64,000 nucleotides of DNA from Gammaproteobacteria bacterium (GTDB taxonomy: Bacteria; Pseudomonadota; Gammaproteobacteria; Ga0077536): contig SHZJ01000017.1 in assembly GCA_009692365.1 (NCBI GenBank), positions 6,771 to 70,770 of the forward strand, given 5' to 3'. The translations under genes and the position numbers were made by a program. This document shows, piece by piece, positions 10,864 to 20,505 of this stretch. The notes under the pieces were generated by a model, which was not told the DNA's origin, made no database searches, and saw nothing but the letters and a program-made list of their open reading frames with translations. Positions within the stretch are counted from its first letter, which is position 1; each line of letters begins with the position of its first letter.

Positions 10864-11003
10864 GCCGCCCCCTCGGCTCCGCCACACGGGCAAGCGCCCG
10901 CGACGGGCCAAGGTTTGGCGGCTGACGCCTCTCAAGCCGGGCGGGGCGCCCCGCCAACAGCGGTGGGGATGCGGGTCACCCCTCAAAGGCGGTGGGGCGC
11001 CGC

Positions 11004-11453
11004 TCAGCGGCGAATGAACTCCGCCACGAGCCCGCACTGGCCGAGCGCGAGCAAATCCTCAGCGCTAGGCAACTGCGGGCGGTCACGCTCAGCGTTGACC
11101 ATGCACAAAAATCCTAGCGGGCCGTCGGCGTCGGCCCGAAACTGATGCCAGATCAAGCTCGGAATGTGGACTAAATCGTGGGCGCCAACGGCAAAAACTC
11201 GTTCGCCCACCAAACACTGTCCGTGTCCCCGAATGATCATCACCGCATGCAGGTGCGCGTGGCGCTCGAGGGTCGTGTGGCCGGCCGGGGCGACTTCGAA
11301 ATAACGCAGCTGACAGCCCAGCGCGGCGTCGTCAAATAAGACCTGTCGGGTGACGTCCCTGAAAGGCGCCGCGCCCGCCTGTTTGTAGGCCAGCACGGGG
11401 ACTTCCTCCCAGGTGAAATCGCCCTGGTGACCGCGATGTGTGGTGATACTCAT
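11004..11453 (-). CDS. Cupin domain protein, probable methylthio-xylulose-5-phosphate methylsulfurylase
   Basis: Cupin motifs TTLERHAHLH and WHQFRA; start overlaps the RLP stop codon. Confidence 0.75.
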   Translation of the reverse strand: MSITTHRGHQGDFTWEEVPVLAYKQAGAAPFRDVTRQVLFDDAALGCQLRYFEVAPAGHTTLERHAHLHAVMIIRGHGQCLVGERVFAVGAHDLVHIPSLIWHQFRADADGPLGFLCMVNAERDRPQLPSAEDLLALGQCGLVAEFIRR

Positions 11454-12559
11454 GAAAGACTTCCTAAGGCTAAATGGTCCGCCACCGCCGCGACGAATGC
11501 ACGGCTGCGCGCGGGTAGAGTTGCGCCGGCCGCCAGCAGCGCGCCGCCGATCAGCAAGATCGTATCGGGCCCATAAACGGCGATCATCTCCGCGACCCGG
11601 TCAATGTTCATGCCGCCCGCCGGGACGGGCGCAATCGCCGGCAACTGACCCCACGGCGCGCGCGCGTTCGCCGCCACCGCCTCGCAGGTCGCGCGGCTGT
11701 AAGCGAAGCGGCCACCATAGTTAGGGAAAATGGTGGCGTCCGCTCCAAACAGACGAAACAGCTTGCCGAGCAACAGGGGGGGTGCGATGCGCGCAGCTCC
11801 GGCCAGGGCCGGGTGCACGAGAATGGGACAATCTAGGTCTTGGGCGAGTTCGGCGAGCACCGGGATCCCTACCACCAGCGGGCAGAGCAACACCATCCCT
11901 ACGCCTTCTTCACGCACGATTTTGCGCTGTTCCGCGAACTGGCGCGGCCCACCGGACAGCGAGGGCGCGTAGATGCTGTGGCCGCCGGTCGCGGCATTGG
12001 CGCCGCGCACGGCCGCTTGGCAGGCCTGCACGCGAGCCGCGAAAGGCGCGTAGCTTTGGTTAGCAATGCCGTGGTCGTCTTTGATGATATCGATGCCCGC
12101 CAGCGCGAAGCTCTCCGCCAGCCCCGCCAGTGCGCCGGCGGCAAGTCCCTGAGGTTTGAGGGCCGTCATCGTCAGCGGCCGCGTAGGCGCCTGCACCCGT
12201 TGGCGGATCCCCGCCAAACCGAAACGCGGCCCCGGGAAATGCCCCAGATAGGCCTCCGGGAAACTCACATCGATGAGCGACACATCCTCCTGAAGCGAGC
12301 AGTTGCCAAACAGCATGTTCATCAACTGCCCTGCCTCACCACCCGTCGTGGCGGTTGCAATGCCCAGCTGCACGGCAAACAGGCGGGGCGCGAGCTGCGC
12401 GATGCCCTCAACGCTCGCCACCACTTCGGCGCGCACCTTGGCGTCCGTGACGGCGCTCAGCGGCATTTCGATACTCTGCTCGCAGGCCAGCGCTTGGGCG
12501 CGGGCTTCGATGTCATCACTGTCGGCTTGCAGATGATAGAGGGCGAGAATTCTTTCCAT
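11450..12559 (-). CDS. RuBisCO-like protein (form IV), R. rubrum type; probable 5-methylthioribulose-1-phosphate isomerase
   Basis: EQSIEMP, LFGNCSL, ALKPQG, IIKDDHG (KDDH rather than the RuBisCO KDDE), FPNYGGRF, PVPAGGM, LIGG. Confidence 0.88.
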   Translation of the reverse strand: MERILALYHLQADSDDIEARAQALACEQSIEMPLSAVTDAKVRAEVVASVEGIAQLAPRLFAVQLGIATATTGGEAGQLMNMLFGNCSLQEDVSLIDVSFPEAYLGHFPGPRFGLAGIRQRVQAPTRPLTMTALKPQGLAAGALAGLAESFALAGIDIIKDDHGIANQSYAPFAARVQACQAAVRGANAATGGHSIYAPSLSGGPRQFAEQRKIVREEGVGMVLLCPLVVGIPVLAELAQDLDCPILVHPALAGAARIAPPLLLGKLFRLFGADATIFPNYGGRFAYSRATCEAVAANARAPWGQLPAIAPVPAGGMNIDRVAEMIAVYGPDTILLIGGALLAAGATLPARSRAFVAAVADHLALGSLS

Positions 12560-12679
12560 GCCGCCATTCTAACCGTGAGTGTGGTTCATCGGCGATTAAG
12601 CCCGCTCCGCGCAGAGTGTCTCTCACGCACCCAGATGCCCGATCGGCGGGCCGACTGAGGTGTCTTAAGGAGCGATATC

Positions 12680-13192
12680 ATGCAGTCAGTTGTAAAGAGT
12701 TTTGGCCTGCAGAAAATGCCTGGTTTGAGGCTGCTGGCGCTAGGTCTGACCTTGGGTACGGCGGGGGTCGCGCAGGCCGACTATTACGGGGGCGGGCAGG
12801 GTTACCACCGCTATCACCAAGGTCGTCACTGCGAGCAGCGCTACTACCCCGGTAATCGACAGGTCGCACCGCCGTGGGGGTACCAGCAGCACTACGCCCA
12901 GCCGCCCCAAGTCGTGATTTACACCGCGCCCAGAACGGTCTACCAGTCGAGCCCGGGCTATGGCGGGGGCTACAGCTCGCCCCCGGGCTACGGCGGCGGC
13001 TATAACGCAGGCCCGAGCTACGGCGGCGGCGCTCAATACGGACGACCCAACCGGCTGCTGAACAGCGCGGTGATGGGTGCAGCGGGCGGCTTTCTAGGCT
13101 CGCAAATAGGCCGCGGCGAGGGTCGCGCGGCGGCCACTGCGGCGGGGGCTGTGGCGGGCTGGGTCATTGGGGGAAATCTGGGCGGCCAGTAA
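12680..13192 (+). CDS. Exported Gly/Tyr-rich protein with C-terminal glycine zipper
   Basis: AAGGAG RBS; signal peptide ending AQA; GAAGGFLGSQIGRGEGRAAATAAGAVAGWVIG glycine-zipper pattern. Confidence 0.75.
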   Translation: MQSVVKSFGLQKMPGLRLLALGLTLGTAGVAQADYYGGGQGYHRYHQGRHCEQRYYPGNRQVAPPWGYQQHYAQPPQVVIYTAPRTVYQSSPGYGGGYSSPPGYGGGYNAGPSYGGGAQYGRPNRLLNSAVMGAAGGFLGSQIGRGEGRAAATAAGAVAGWVIGGNLGGQ

Positions 13193-13316
13193 GACCCACG
13201 GCGGCGGCGCGATGCCAGCGCGCTCAACGGCACGGCCGGGCGCGCTGGTTACCCCGCAACAAATACCAGCGGTGCGCCGACACCGCGCAGGCCGCCCACG
13301 TGGCCGGTCTAGCCCC

Positions 13317-13870
13317 ACGAAATGTCGCGGCTTCAACCCCCTGCCTTGGCCTGATCTGCCCGCTGATTGCGCGCAGTATGATCGCGACGGCTGGGTGGCC
13401 GCCGACGCCCGGCCGTGCACTCCCAGCGCCGTTCACCGGACCTATAACGACTCGCTCAAGCGGCTGGAGTTCGCGCCCGAGCCGGGCCATCCCGGCCTCG
13501 GGGTCAACGAGCACCACCAGAACACCGACGGCCTGATACCCTCGCCGCCGTTACGGGCGGCCGCCCTCACCGGCCGAACTCGGAACACGACTAGCGTGTG
13601 ATTGGGCCAACCGCGCGCACTCTACGCCCGCCAACGCGGGTGGCAGCGGCAATGGCATGGTCGCCGACCGGTCCGGTGGGCGGTTAAACGCCCGCCGTCC
13701 CCGTCGGCCGCACGACGGATAACAGCGACCTGTGGGGGGGGTCCAGCCCACCACGCGGCGCGAAAAATAGCGGGCGGCCCACGACTGCGGGCGCCGTGCG
13801 TGGCCGGATGTTTTGGCCTGACGCGGACAACCGACCACGCGGCGTGGGGCGAATCGCGCACCGGCTGACT
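13317..13870 (+). pseudogene. Heavily decayed luciferase-like (LLM) flavin monooxygenase remnant
   Basis: Collinear LLM-like fragments across several frames: FNPLPWPDLP, GLGVNEHHQN..GLIPSP, PPTRVA, SGGRL, PVG, TTRREK*RAAHD; ACG at the expected start position; stops and frameshifts; 3' end approximate. Confidence 0.65.
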
Positions 13871-14042
13871 TGGCGCGCGCGGCACGCGGCCACACGGGCG
13901 CCCCGCCAACGCCTAGCGCCAGACCCAGCCGACGCCCAGCACGCGGGGTTACGCGGCGGCACCATAGCGGCCAGCGCCGCGCCAGACGACTTCGCGCCAC
14001 CTCTCCCACGCCGATGCCTGCGAACCGCCCCGCCCGCCCCTC

Positions 14043-14885
14043 TCAGCAGCCCACAGCGAGCCCCACACCCGGCGGCTGGGCACCGCGGCACAAGGTGTAG
14101 CGCTCGGCGTAGGCCAGCCAAGGTTGGCGGGCGCGCAGGCTGGCCGTGAGGCGCGCCGCATCCAGCACGCGCAGTCCACCCACGCTGGCCACGCCGCGCG
14201 CAAACAGCGGGTCCGGGAAAAAACTCGCGCTCGGCCCGATCAGCGACACCGAGCGTGCGCTGCTGCAGTAGGCCAACATGTCGTCTAGGCTATCGTTGAG
14301 GCACAGGGTGGCGGTGGCGATGATGCGGGTGCACTCACGCAGGGCGGCAGGATCGAGCGTGATCTTCAAACCCGGCTCCTCACGCACCCAGTGCGCCTTG
14401 CGCTCCACCACCACCACCTCTAAACCCTCGGTGCGTGCACGGTTCACCAAAGAGGGGAAATTCCCGATGAAGCCCACGCGATCAGTGGGTACCAACGGCT
14501 CGCCGCCCCAAGGGTCCCGCGCCGCCGGGGGCGTAAATCCGGCGCTGCGCCAACACGCGGCAGTGATGGCATTGATCGCCGCGAGACCGATCGAGCGCTC
14601 GCCCTCGTCTTCGCTCGCGTAGCGGCGCGCCAGTTCGATCGCCGTGAGGCCACACAGTGCCGCCGGCGGAAAGCGCTCGGCCAAGCCACACTGAGCGTCG
14701 CCGAGCCACGCGTAATACAGCCCGGTACTCCCGTCTGCCAGCGTTACCGCACCGAATTCTGGCTCGCCCTGCGCTGCGCGCCGGGGCTCGGGCACAAAGA
14801 CACCACTCACCGGAGGCAGCGCGCAGTGGCGGGCGGCACGCTCGGTTAGGGCGAGTAATTCACCGCGAAATTTGACACCCGACAT
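14043..14885 (-). CDS. DUF364 / Rossmann-like putative metal-binding protein
   Basis: RSIGLAAINAI, VGFIGNFPSL, ATATLCLNDSLD, LIGPSASFFPDPLF..GV..VGG. Confidence 0.7.
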   Translation of the reverse strand: MSGVKFRGELLALTERAARHCALPPVSGVFVPEPRRAAQGEPEFGAVTLADGSTGLYYAWLGDAQCGLAERFPPAALCGLTAIELARRYASEDEGERSIGLAAINAITAACWRSAGFTPPAARDPWGGEPLVPTDRVGFIGNFPSLVNRARTEGLEVVVVERKAHWVREEPGLKITLDPAALRECTRIIATATLCLNDSLDDMLAYCSSARSVSLIGPSASFFPDPLFARGVASVGGLRVLDAARLTASLRARQPWLAYAERYTLCRGAQPPGVGLAVGC

Positions 14886-14982
14886 GGCCAATCCTCAACG
14901 CGCGGGGCGGGGACGCGCGTTTGTTATAGTGCCCTGCCCCACCCCAACGGAGAACCCCGCCGTGCGTCGATCGCCTAACGCC

Positions 14983-16070
14983 ATGTTCAACCAGAACGCG
15001 TTCAAACTTGGCCTCTGCTCGCCTAACTGCAGCGGCGGGATGGCGGTGACCACGGTGCCCGAATGCTGGCACGCCAGCTGGGCGAATAATCTACGACTCG
15101 CGCAGTTGGCGGACGCCGCAGGTATTGCATACTTGTGCCCATCGCGCGCTGGACCGGCTACGGCGGTGCGACCGATTTTCAAGGCGATTCGCTGGACACC
15201 ATCACCTGGGCAGCAGGGCTATTGGCGCACACCCAGCGCATCTCGGTGTTTGCCACTGCCCACGCGGCCTTTGTGCATCCGCTGCTGGCGACCACGCAGT
15301 TCGCTACCATCGACCATCTCTCCGGCGGCCGTTTTGGCCTGAACATCGTCTGCGGGTGGAACCAGCCGGCGTATGAAATGTTCGGCCTGACCTTGCCCCG
15401 CGACCACGCCACGCGCTATCGCGACGGACAGGAATAGTGGGACATCATCCAGCAGGTCTGGGAAAACCCGGACAGCAGCGAGTGGGACGGCGAATTTTTC
15501 AAGCTCAAAGGGGCACGCTGCAGCCCACGGCCGCTAGGCGGCGCGCGGCCCCCGGTGATGAACGCTGGCTCCTCAGCACAGGGGCGTGAGTTTGCGGCGC
15601 GGAACTGCGATTTTTTATTGACCGTGATGATCGATCCCGAACGTGGACCAGCCGATGTAGCGCACATTCAGGCGCTAGCCCAAGCGCGCTACCAACGTGA
15701 ACTGGCGGTCTTCACCACCACCTGCGCGGTCTGTCGCCCCACCCGCCGCGACGCCAAGGAATATCGCCGTCAGAACGCCGTGACCCACGCCGACGGCCCG
15801 GCGGTGGAGCGTCTCATGCAACTCCAGGGTATGCCTGTGCAGTCCTTCCCACCCGACATGATCGACGCCCTACGCGTGCAGTTTGCGGGTGGAGACGGGG
15901 TGTATCCGCTGCTGGGCGATCCGGATTTCATCGCGGAGGAAATCGCTAGAATCCACCGGGCGAGCTACGCCGGCGCGACACTGACATTCGTCGATTAGGC
16001 GGCGGAGCTGCCCTATTTTTTCGCCGAGGTCCGGCCCCGATCGGTCGCGCGCGGCCTACGCACCGCTTAA
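14983..16070 (+). pseudogene. LLM class flavin-dependent oxidoreductase pseudogene
   Basis: Full-length LLM (FKLGL..PNCSGG, PIARWTGYGG, TIDHLSGGRFGLNIVCGWN, MNAGSS) broken by a frameshift near 15135 and in-frame TAG stops at 15435-15437 and 15996-15998; natural TAA at 16068-16070. Confidence 0.85.
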
Positions 16071-16225
16071 GCGGCGCGTCTAGCGTTAGCGCGTTGTGCG
16101 AGGGCTAGCCCAGCGCCCGGTTTGCCGTGGGTCGTCACGCTGTGCGCGTTCGTCGTGCCGCTTGGCGGCCGACTTAAAAGGCTTGGGGCAGCTTTCGCTG
16201 CAGTCAGGGCCTAAAATCAGGGCAT

Positions 16226-16255
16226 AAAAAAAGGCCGGGTTTCCCCGGCCTTTTC
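16226..16255 (-). terminator. Rho-independent terminator of the DUF1329 gene (possibly bidirectional)
   Basis: Stem AAGGCCGGG/CCCGGCCTT with a 4-nt loop; T7 tract on the minus strand, T4 on the plus strand. Confidence 0.85.
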
Positions 16256-16275
16256 AAGGCACAAAGCTTTGCGGC

Positions 16276-17655
16276 TTAGGTGCCCAGACGCTGCATGGCC
16301 TGTACGGTCATGTACTTGTTGATGACGTCGTCGTGCATATTCCACTGCGACTTCCAACCGCCCTGACAGGTCTCGGCTTGGTGGAACCGCGTAATACGCC
16401 GCGACTGGACGTCATCGCTGATAACCCAACTCCAGCTCCAGCAGATGTCCTTGCCCGCCATCATGACTTTGTCGCCCTTCTTGTACTGGGTGAAGCCAGG
16501 CTCGAAGGATTTCCATATTTCGCCGCGGCGGTCATAGGTGATCATCTGTGGGAAGGTCTGCATGCGCGCGTCAATGTAGATGCGCTTCTTGCTCACGGGT
16601 GCGCGCGGGTAACCGGTTGGTTCCGCCTCGAGCACGATCACTTCCGGGATGAGCGACTTGCCGACATACATGAAGGAGTTGTTTTTCGGACCGCCCACCA
16701 GTGGGTATTCCCAGTTCGGGGAGTCGGCCTGCCACTGGTCGCTCATGGAGCCAAGGTATGGCTGGCGACCCACAATCTTGTAGTTACCCCAGGTGAGCAT
16801 CGGATCGCCGGCCGCCCATGCGTCCGACAAAAACAGATTGATGCCCGGCACCAGCGGTTCAAAGCGCTGGTTGGTGGGGAACCGACGCACCCGCTTGAAA
16901 GCCGGAATGTAGCCGAACAAATCCGGATACTCGCGTTGGTCATACGGCCAGATGTTCACGAAGGCCGTGCCCTTGACGTCGTTCGGCGCCGTGAACCAGG
17001 TGGACTGAAACCGCAGTTTGTCTTCCTGACCCGGCAGATAAAGTACGCCGCCGTTGTCGGTCAAGCCGATGGCGTTCTGTTCGGCCCACACGAAGTCGTA
17101 CTGGTAGAGCACGGTGCCTTCGCCATCGAGCGCGAACATCGGAATCGCATACAGGGTTTGGTCGTGACGGCCCCAGCTCAAGGTGAGGTTGGCGATCGTC
17201 TCCATACCGGTTTGCGGGTTGGGGAACGGCAGGCCGCCGATCCAAGGTTTACCATCCTTGGTTCGCACGTTGCCGACTTCGTCGAATGTCGCCAGCCCTT
17301 GGTTGCGAATAGTCGCTTCCAGATACGGCGGCGGGAACATTTTGGTGGCGTCCGTAACGGTCTCTTGGATGAAGAACGTCCGGCCCTGCTGCTTTACTTC
17401 CGCATAGATCATGGGATCTACGAGGTCTTTGACATCGTCGATGTTGCTAGCGCTGATGACGTCGCCGACCTTCACTTTGCCCTTGGTGTAGAGCGAGATA
17501 TCGAGCAATTCATCCGGGTAGGCTTTGGCGATATCGCCGGTTTCCGAGAGCAGCGGCCAGAGCGAGGTGAGTACCCCCGCACCGCCAATTCCACGTGCGA
17601 CCTTGTCCATAAAGAAGCGCCGACTGTAATCGGCATCGTATTTTCTAATGTGCAT
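16276..17655 (-). CDS. DUF1329 domain-containing protein with twin-arginine-like leader
   Basis: GGLPFPNPQTGME, YIPAFKRVRR, KKRIYID, YDRRGEIWK; SRRFFM near the N-terminus; start adjusted. Confidence 0.75.
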   Translation of the reverse strand: MHIRKYDADYSRRFFMDKVARGIGGAGVLTSLWPLLSETGDIAKAYPDELLDISLYTKGKVKVGDVISASNIDDVKDLVDPMIYAEVKQQGRTFFIQETVTDATKMFPPPYLEATIRNQGLATFDEVGNVRTKDGKPWIGGLPFPNPQTGMETIANLTLSWGRHDQTLYAIPMFALDGEGTVLYQYDFVWAEQNAIGLTDNGGVLYLPGQEDKLRFQSTWFTAPNDVKGTAFVNIWPYDQREYPDLFGYIPAFKRVRRFPTNQRFEPLVPGINLFLSDAWAAGDPMLTWGNYKIVGRQPYLGSMSDQWQADSPNWEYPLVGGPKNNSFMYVGKSLIPEVIVLEAEPTGYPRAPVSKKRIYIDARMQTFPQMITYDRRGEIWKSFEPGFTQYKKGDKVMMAGKDICWSWSWVISDDVQSRRITRFHQAETCQGGWKSQWNMHDDVINKYMTVQAMQRLGT

Positions 17656-17839
17656 GAAGTTCCGCCTTAAGTTAATAGAGGGCCGGCGCGTGCTCCACAT
17701 CTGCCTGCCGGAACCACTGGTCCAGAGTCGACTGTGCAAGCCAGTGTGCTTTGTAGCACCGCGCCGCCTGTTGCCGCAATCCTACTTTGCCAATTAAGTT
17801 CCAATGCTGCACTGCGTCGGTTCAAAAACCCGCTAAATT

Positions 17840-18607
17840 TTATTTAACGGCCATTTTGGCAGCCATTGCCCGCGCCGAGCGCACGCTAGCGTTGCTCTGA
17901 TTGAACAGGACTTCGCGGCGCACCTGCTCTTGGGCTGGAGTGAGCTGGCGCTCACCCCATTCCCGCCGAACCGCTCGTCCTGCTTGCACCGCGGGCCGCG
18001 CGCCCACCTCATCCACCCAGCGTTTGAGATGGGGAAAGTCAGCCCATACGGTGTCATTGATCAAACGCTCGAGCAGCATGGCCCAGGGCCAACTCAAGAG
18101 GTCTGCGATGCTGTAGTCCGCGCCCGCCAGATGTCGATTAACCGCCAACTGGGCGTCCATCACACCGCACAAACGGTCTACCTCGCCGGTAAAACGCCGA
18201 ATGCCGTAGGCCAACTGCGCCGGGTCATCAACGATTTTCGGCGCGTAGTTCCGGAAGTGATTGGCGTTACCCAGCATGGGTCCCAGATTAGCCATCTGCC
18301 AGTACGCCCATTCCAGCACCTTGTAGCGGGGCGCGCCGCTGACCGGGAGGAAACGGCCAGTCTTGTCGGCCAGATACTCGACAATCGCGCCTGATTCAAA
18401 CAGCGTCAAGGGCGCGCCGCCGCCCGCCGGCGCGTGGTCGACGATCGCGGGCATGCGGTTATTGGGGCTAATCCGCAGAAAGTCTGCCGTGAATTGGTCG
18501 CCGCGCCCGATGTCTATCTCGTGGACTCGATAATCCAGACCACACTCCTCGAGCATGATTGTGACCTTCCAACCGTTCGGCGTGGGCCAGTAATAGACAT
18601 CGATCAT
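17840..18607 (-). CDS. Glutathione S-transferase, Nu-class (YfcG/YghU-like)
   Basis: YWPTPNGWK, ISPNNRMPAIVD, FESGAI, YSIAD; AAGGAG RBS; start adjusted to MIDVYY. Confidence 0.88.
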   Translation of the reverse strand: MIDVYYWPTPNGWKVTIMLEECGLDYRVHEIDIGRGDQFTADFLRISPNNRMPAIVDHAPAGGGAPLTLFESGAIVEYLADKTGRFLPVSGAPRYKVLEWAYWQMANLGPMLGNANHFRNYAPKIVDDPAQLAYGIRRFTGEVDRLCGVMDAQLAVNRHLAGADYSIADLLSWPWAMLLERLINDTVWADFPHLKRWVDEVGARPAVQAGRAVRREWGERQLTPAQEQVRREVLFNQSNASVRSARAMAAKMAVK

Positions 18608-18743
18608 CTGCGTACTCCTTAAGTTTGGGCGAAGCGTTGACAGTCTGGCCCGGCGCGCGCCAATGGCGCCCGCGCGCTCCTCGTAGGCACTGCCCACGGC
18701 GCGAGCTATGCTCTCAGCATTCTCACCGAGCGAGGCCACGACC

Positions 18744-20441
18744 ATGCAGTACGACCTCATTATTCGCAATGGCAGCGTGGTGGACGGCTCCGGGGCGCCA
18801 CGTTACCCCGCCGACATCGGCATCATCGATGACCGCATCACTCGCATCGGCCGCATCCGAGCGCCGGCCAAGCGCGTCATCGATGCCGAAGGACAAGTCG
18901 TCACCCCAGGCTTCGTCGATGGCCACACCCACATGGACGCACAGGTCTTCTGGGACCCGCTTGGCTCCTGTTCCTGCTACCACGGGGTCACCACCGTGGT
19001 AATGGGTAATTGTGGCTTTACGCTGGCGCCTTGCGCCGCCGGCGACGCGGAGTTTGTGTTTCGCAACTTGGAGCGTGCCGAGGACCTCTCGCGCGCAGCG
19101 ATGACGGCCGGCATCGACTGGCGCTGGGAAACCTTCCCAGAATATCTCGACGTCATCGACCAACTGCCCAAGGGCATCAATTATGGCGGCTACATCGGCC
19201 ACTCCGCGTTGCGCACCTATGTGATGGGCGAGCGCGCCTTCGCCGAGCAGGCGAGCGGCGACGAACTACGCCGCATGCAGCATCTGGTCCAGGAAGCCCT
19301 GCGCGCAGGTGCCATTGGCTTCTCCACCTCGCGCTCGGTCAATCACCTGACTTCCGATGACCGCCCGGTCGCCAGCCGCATCGCGGAGTGGAGCGAAGTG
19401 CGGGCGATCGTCAACGCGATGGGCGAACTGGGTGCGGGCATCTTTGAACTGGCCGGCGAGGAGCCCGGGCGCAGCCCGCGGCGGCGGCGCGAGTATTTCG
19501 ACCGCCTCAAAAACCTGGCGGTGGAGTCTGGCTGTCCGGTGACCTTCGGCATGCCCAGCATTCGCATCGCCCCAGATTTGTGGCCGGGCTACTACGAACT
19601 TGCCAACGAAACCGCCGCCGCCGGCGGGCGCATGTTTGTGCAAGCCCATAGCCGTTCCATCTCAACGCTGCTCTCCTTCAAATCGCACACCCCTTTCGAC
19701 CATTGGGAAGGGTGGCGGGATGTGCGCAGCCGCCCCCTGGAGGAACAAAAGCGGCTGCTGCGCGATCCAGACATCAAACGTCGGCTGGTCGAAGTAGCCA
19801 GCGCGCCCTACGCCGGGCCAAGTGTGGTGGGGGCCGAGGCCCGGCCGCCCGAGTGGGATTGGCTATACGTGGTGAACGGCATCGGCGATGAAGAACTCAT
19901 GAGCGAGGTCGCCGCGCGGCGCGGTGTGGCGCCCGCGCAGGCCATGATCGATGTGGCGCTGGAACGCGACCTGGAGGTGTTCTTCCGACAACCGCTAGCC
20001 AACGAAGACCAAAACGCGGTGCTGCAAATGATGCGACATCCGCGCAGCGTGGTGACGTTCTCCGATTCCGGCGCGCATGTGGCCCAAATCATGGATTCCT
20101 CGCTGCAAACCCATCTCCTCAGCCACTGGGTGCGCGAGCGCGAGGCCTTCACGCTGGAAGAAGCCGTGCGCATGATTACCTATGACACGGCCTCCGCGTG
20201 GGGGCTGCACGATCGAGGTTTGTTGCGGGAGGGGCTCAACGCAGACCTCGTGATTTTCGACCCGGCCACGATCAATCAAAACATGCCGGAGCTGGTCAAT
20301 GACCTGCCGAGCGGTGCCCAGCGGCTCAAGCAGACCGCGCGCGGGATCAGCCACACCGTGGTGAACGGCCGGGTGCTCCTGGAAGACAATGTGCCCACCG
20401 GCGAGCTACCCGGGCGGCTCATCCGTAAAACGGTGCTGTAG
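18744..20441 (+). CDS. N-acyl-D-amino-acid deacylase family amidohydrolase
   Basis: PGFVDGHTHMD, GVTTVVMGNCG, FSDSGAHV, ADLVIFDP; start adjusted to MQYDLII. Confidence 0.88.
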   Translation: MQYDLIIRNGSVVDGSGAPRYPADIGIIDDRITRIGRIRAPAKRVIDAEGQVVTPGFVDGHTHMDAQVFWDPLGSCSCYHGVTTVVMGNCGFTLAPCAAGDAEFVFRNLERAEDLSRAAMTAGIDWRWETFPEYLDVIDQLPKGINYGGYIGHSALRTYVMGERAFAEQASGDELRRMQHLVQEALRAGAIGFSTSRSVNHLTSDDRPVASRIAEWSEVRAIVNAMGELGAGIFELAGEEPGRSPRRRREYFDRLKNLAVESGCPVTFGMPSIRIAPDLWPGYYELANETAAAGGRMFVQAHSRSISTLLSFKSHTPFDHWEGWRDVRSRPLEEQKRLLRDPDIKRRLVEVASAPYAGPSVVGAEARPPEWDWLYVVNGIGDEELMSEVAARRGVAPAQAMIDVALERDLEVFFRQPLANEDQNAVLQMMRHPRSVVTFSDSGAHVAQIMDSSLQTHLLSHWVREREAFTLEEAVRMITYDTASAWGLHDRGLLREGLNADLVIFDPATINQNMPELVNDLPSGAQRLKQTARGISHTVVNGRVLLEDNVPTGELPGRLIRKTVL

Positions 20442-20505
20442 GTCGTGAGCGGGCCACCCGTGGGCCCGTTCTAAACTTCCAGCGAGTGCCGCCGATTCAC
20501 TCCCC

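Noticed and set aside
10940..11003. GC-rich inverted repeats between the kinase and cupin stops
   Set aside because: No T-tract and no second copy seen; cannot be distinguished from chance pairing in GC-rich DNA.
11450..12559. CO2-fixing RuBisCO
   Set aside because: KDDH instead of KDDE, KPQ instead of KPK, short length, and no small subunit or prk nearby.
15435..15998. Amber (TAG) read-through or recoding in the LLM gene
   Set aside because: The gene also has a frameshift, the two TAGs appear to replace different residues, and TAG is used as a normal stop elsewhere in the window (e.g. ssb, cheA).
16333..17670. 445-aa plus-strand ORF antisense to the DUF1329 gene
   Set aside because: Shadow ORF typical of high-GC codon bias; no recognisable motifs.
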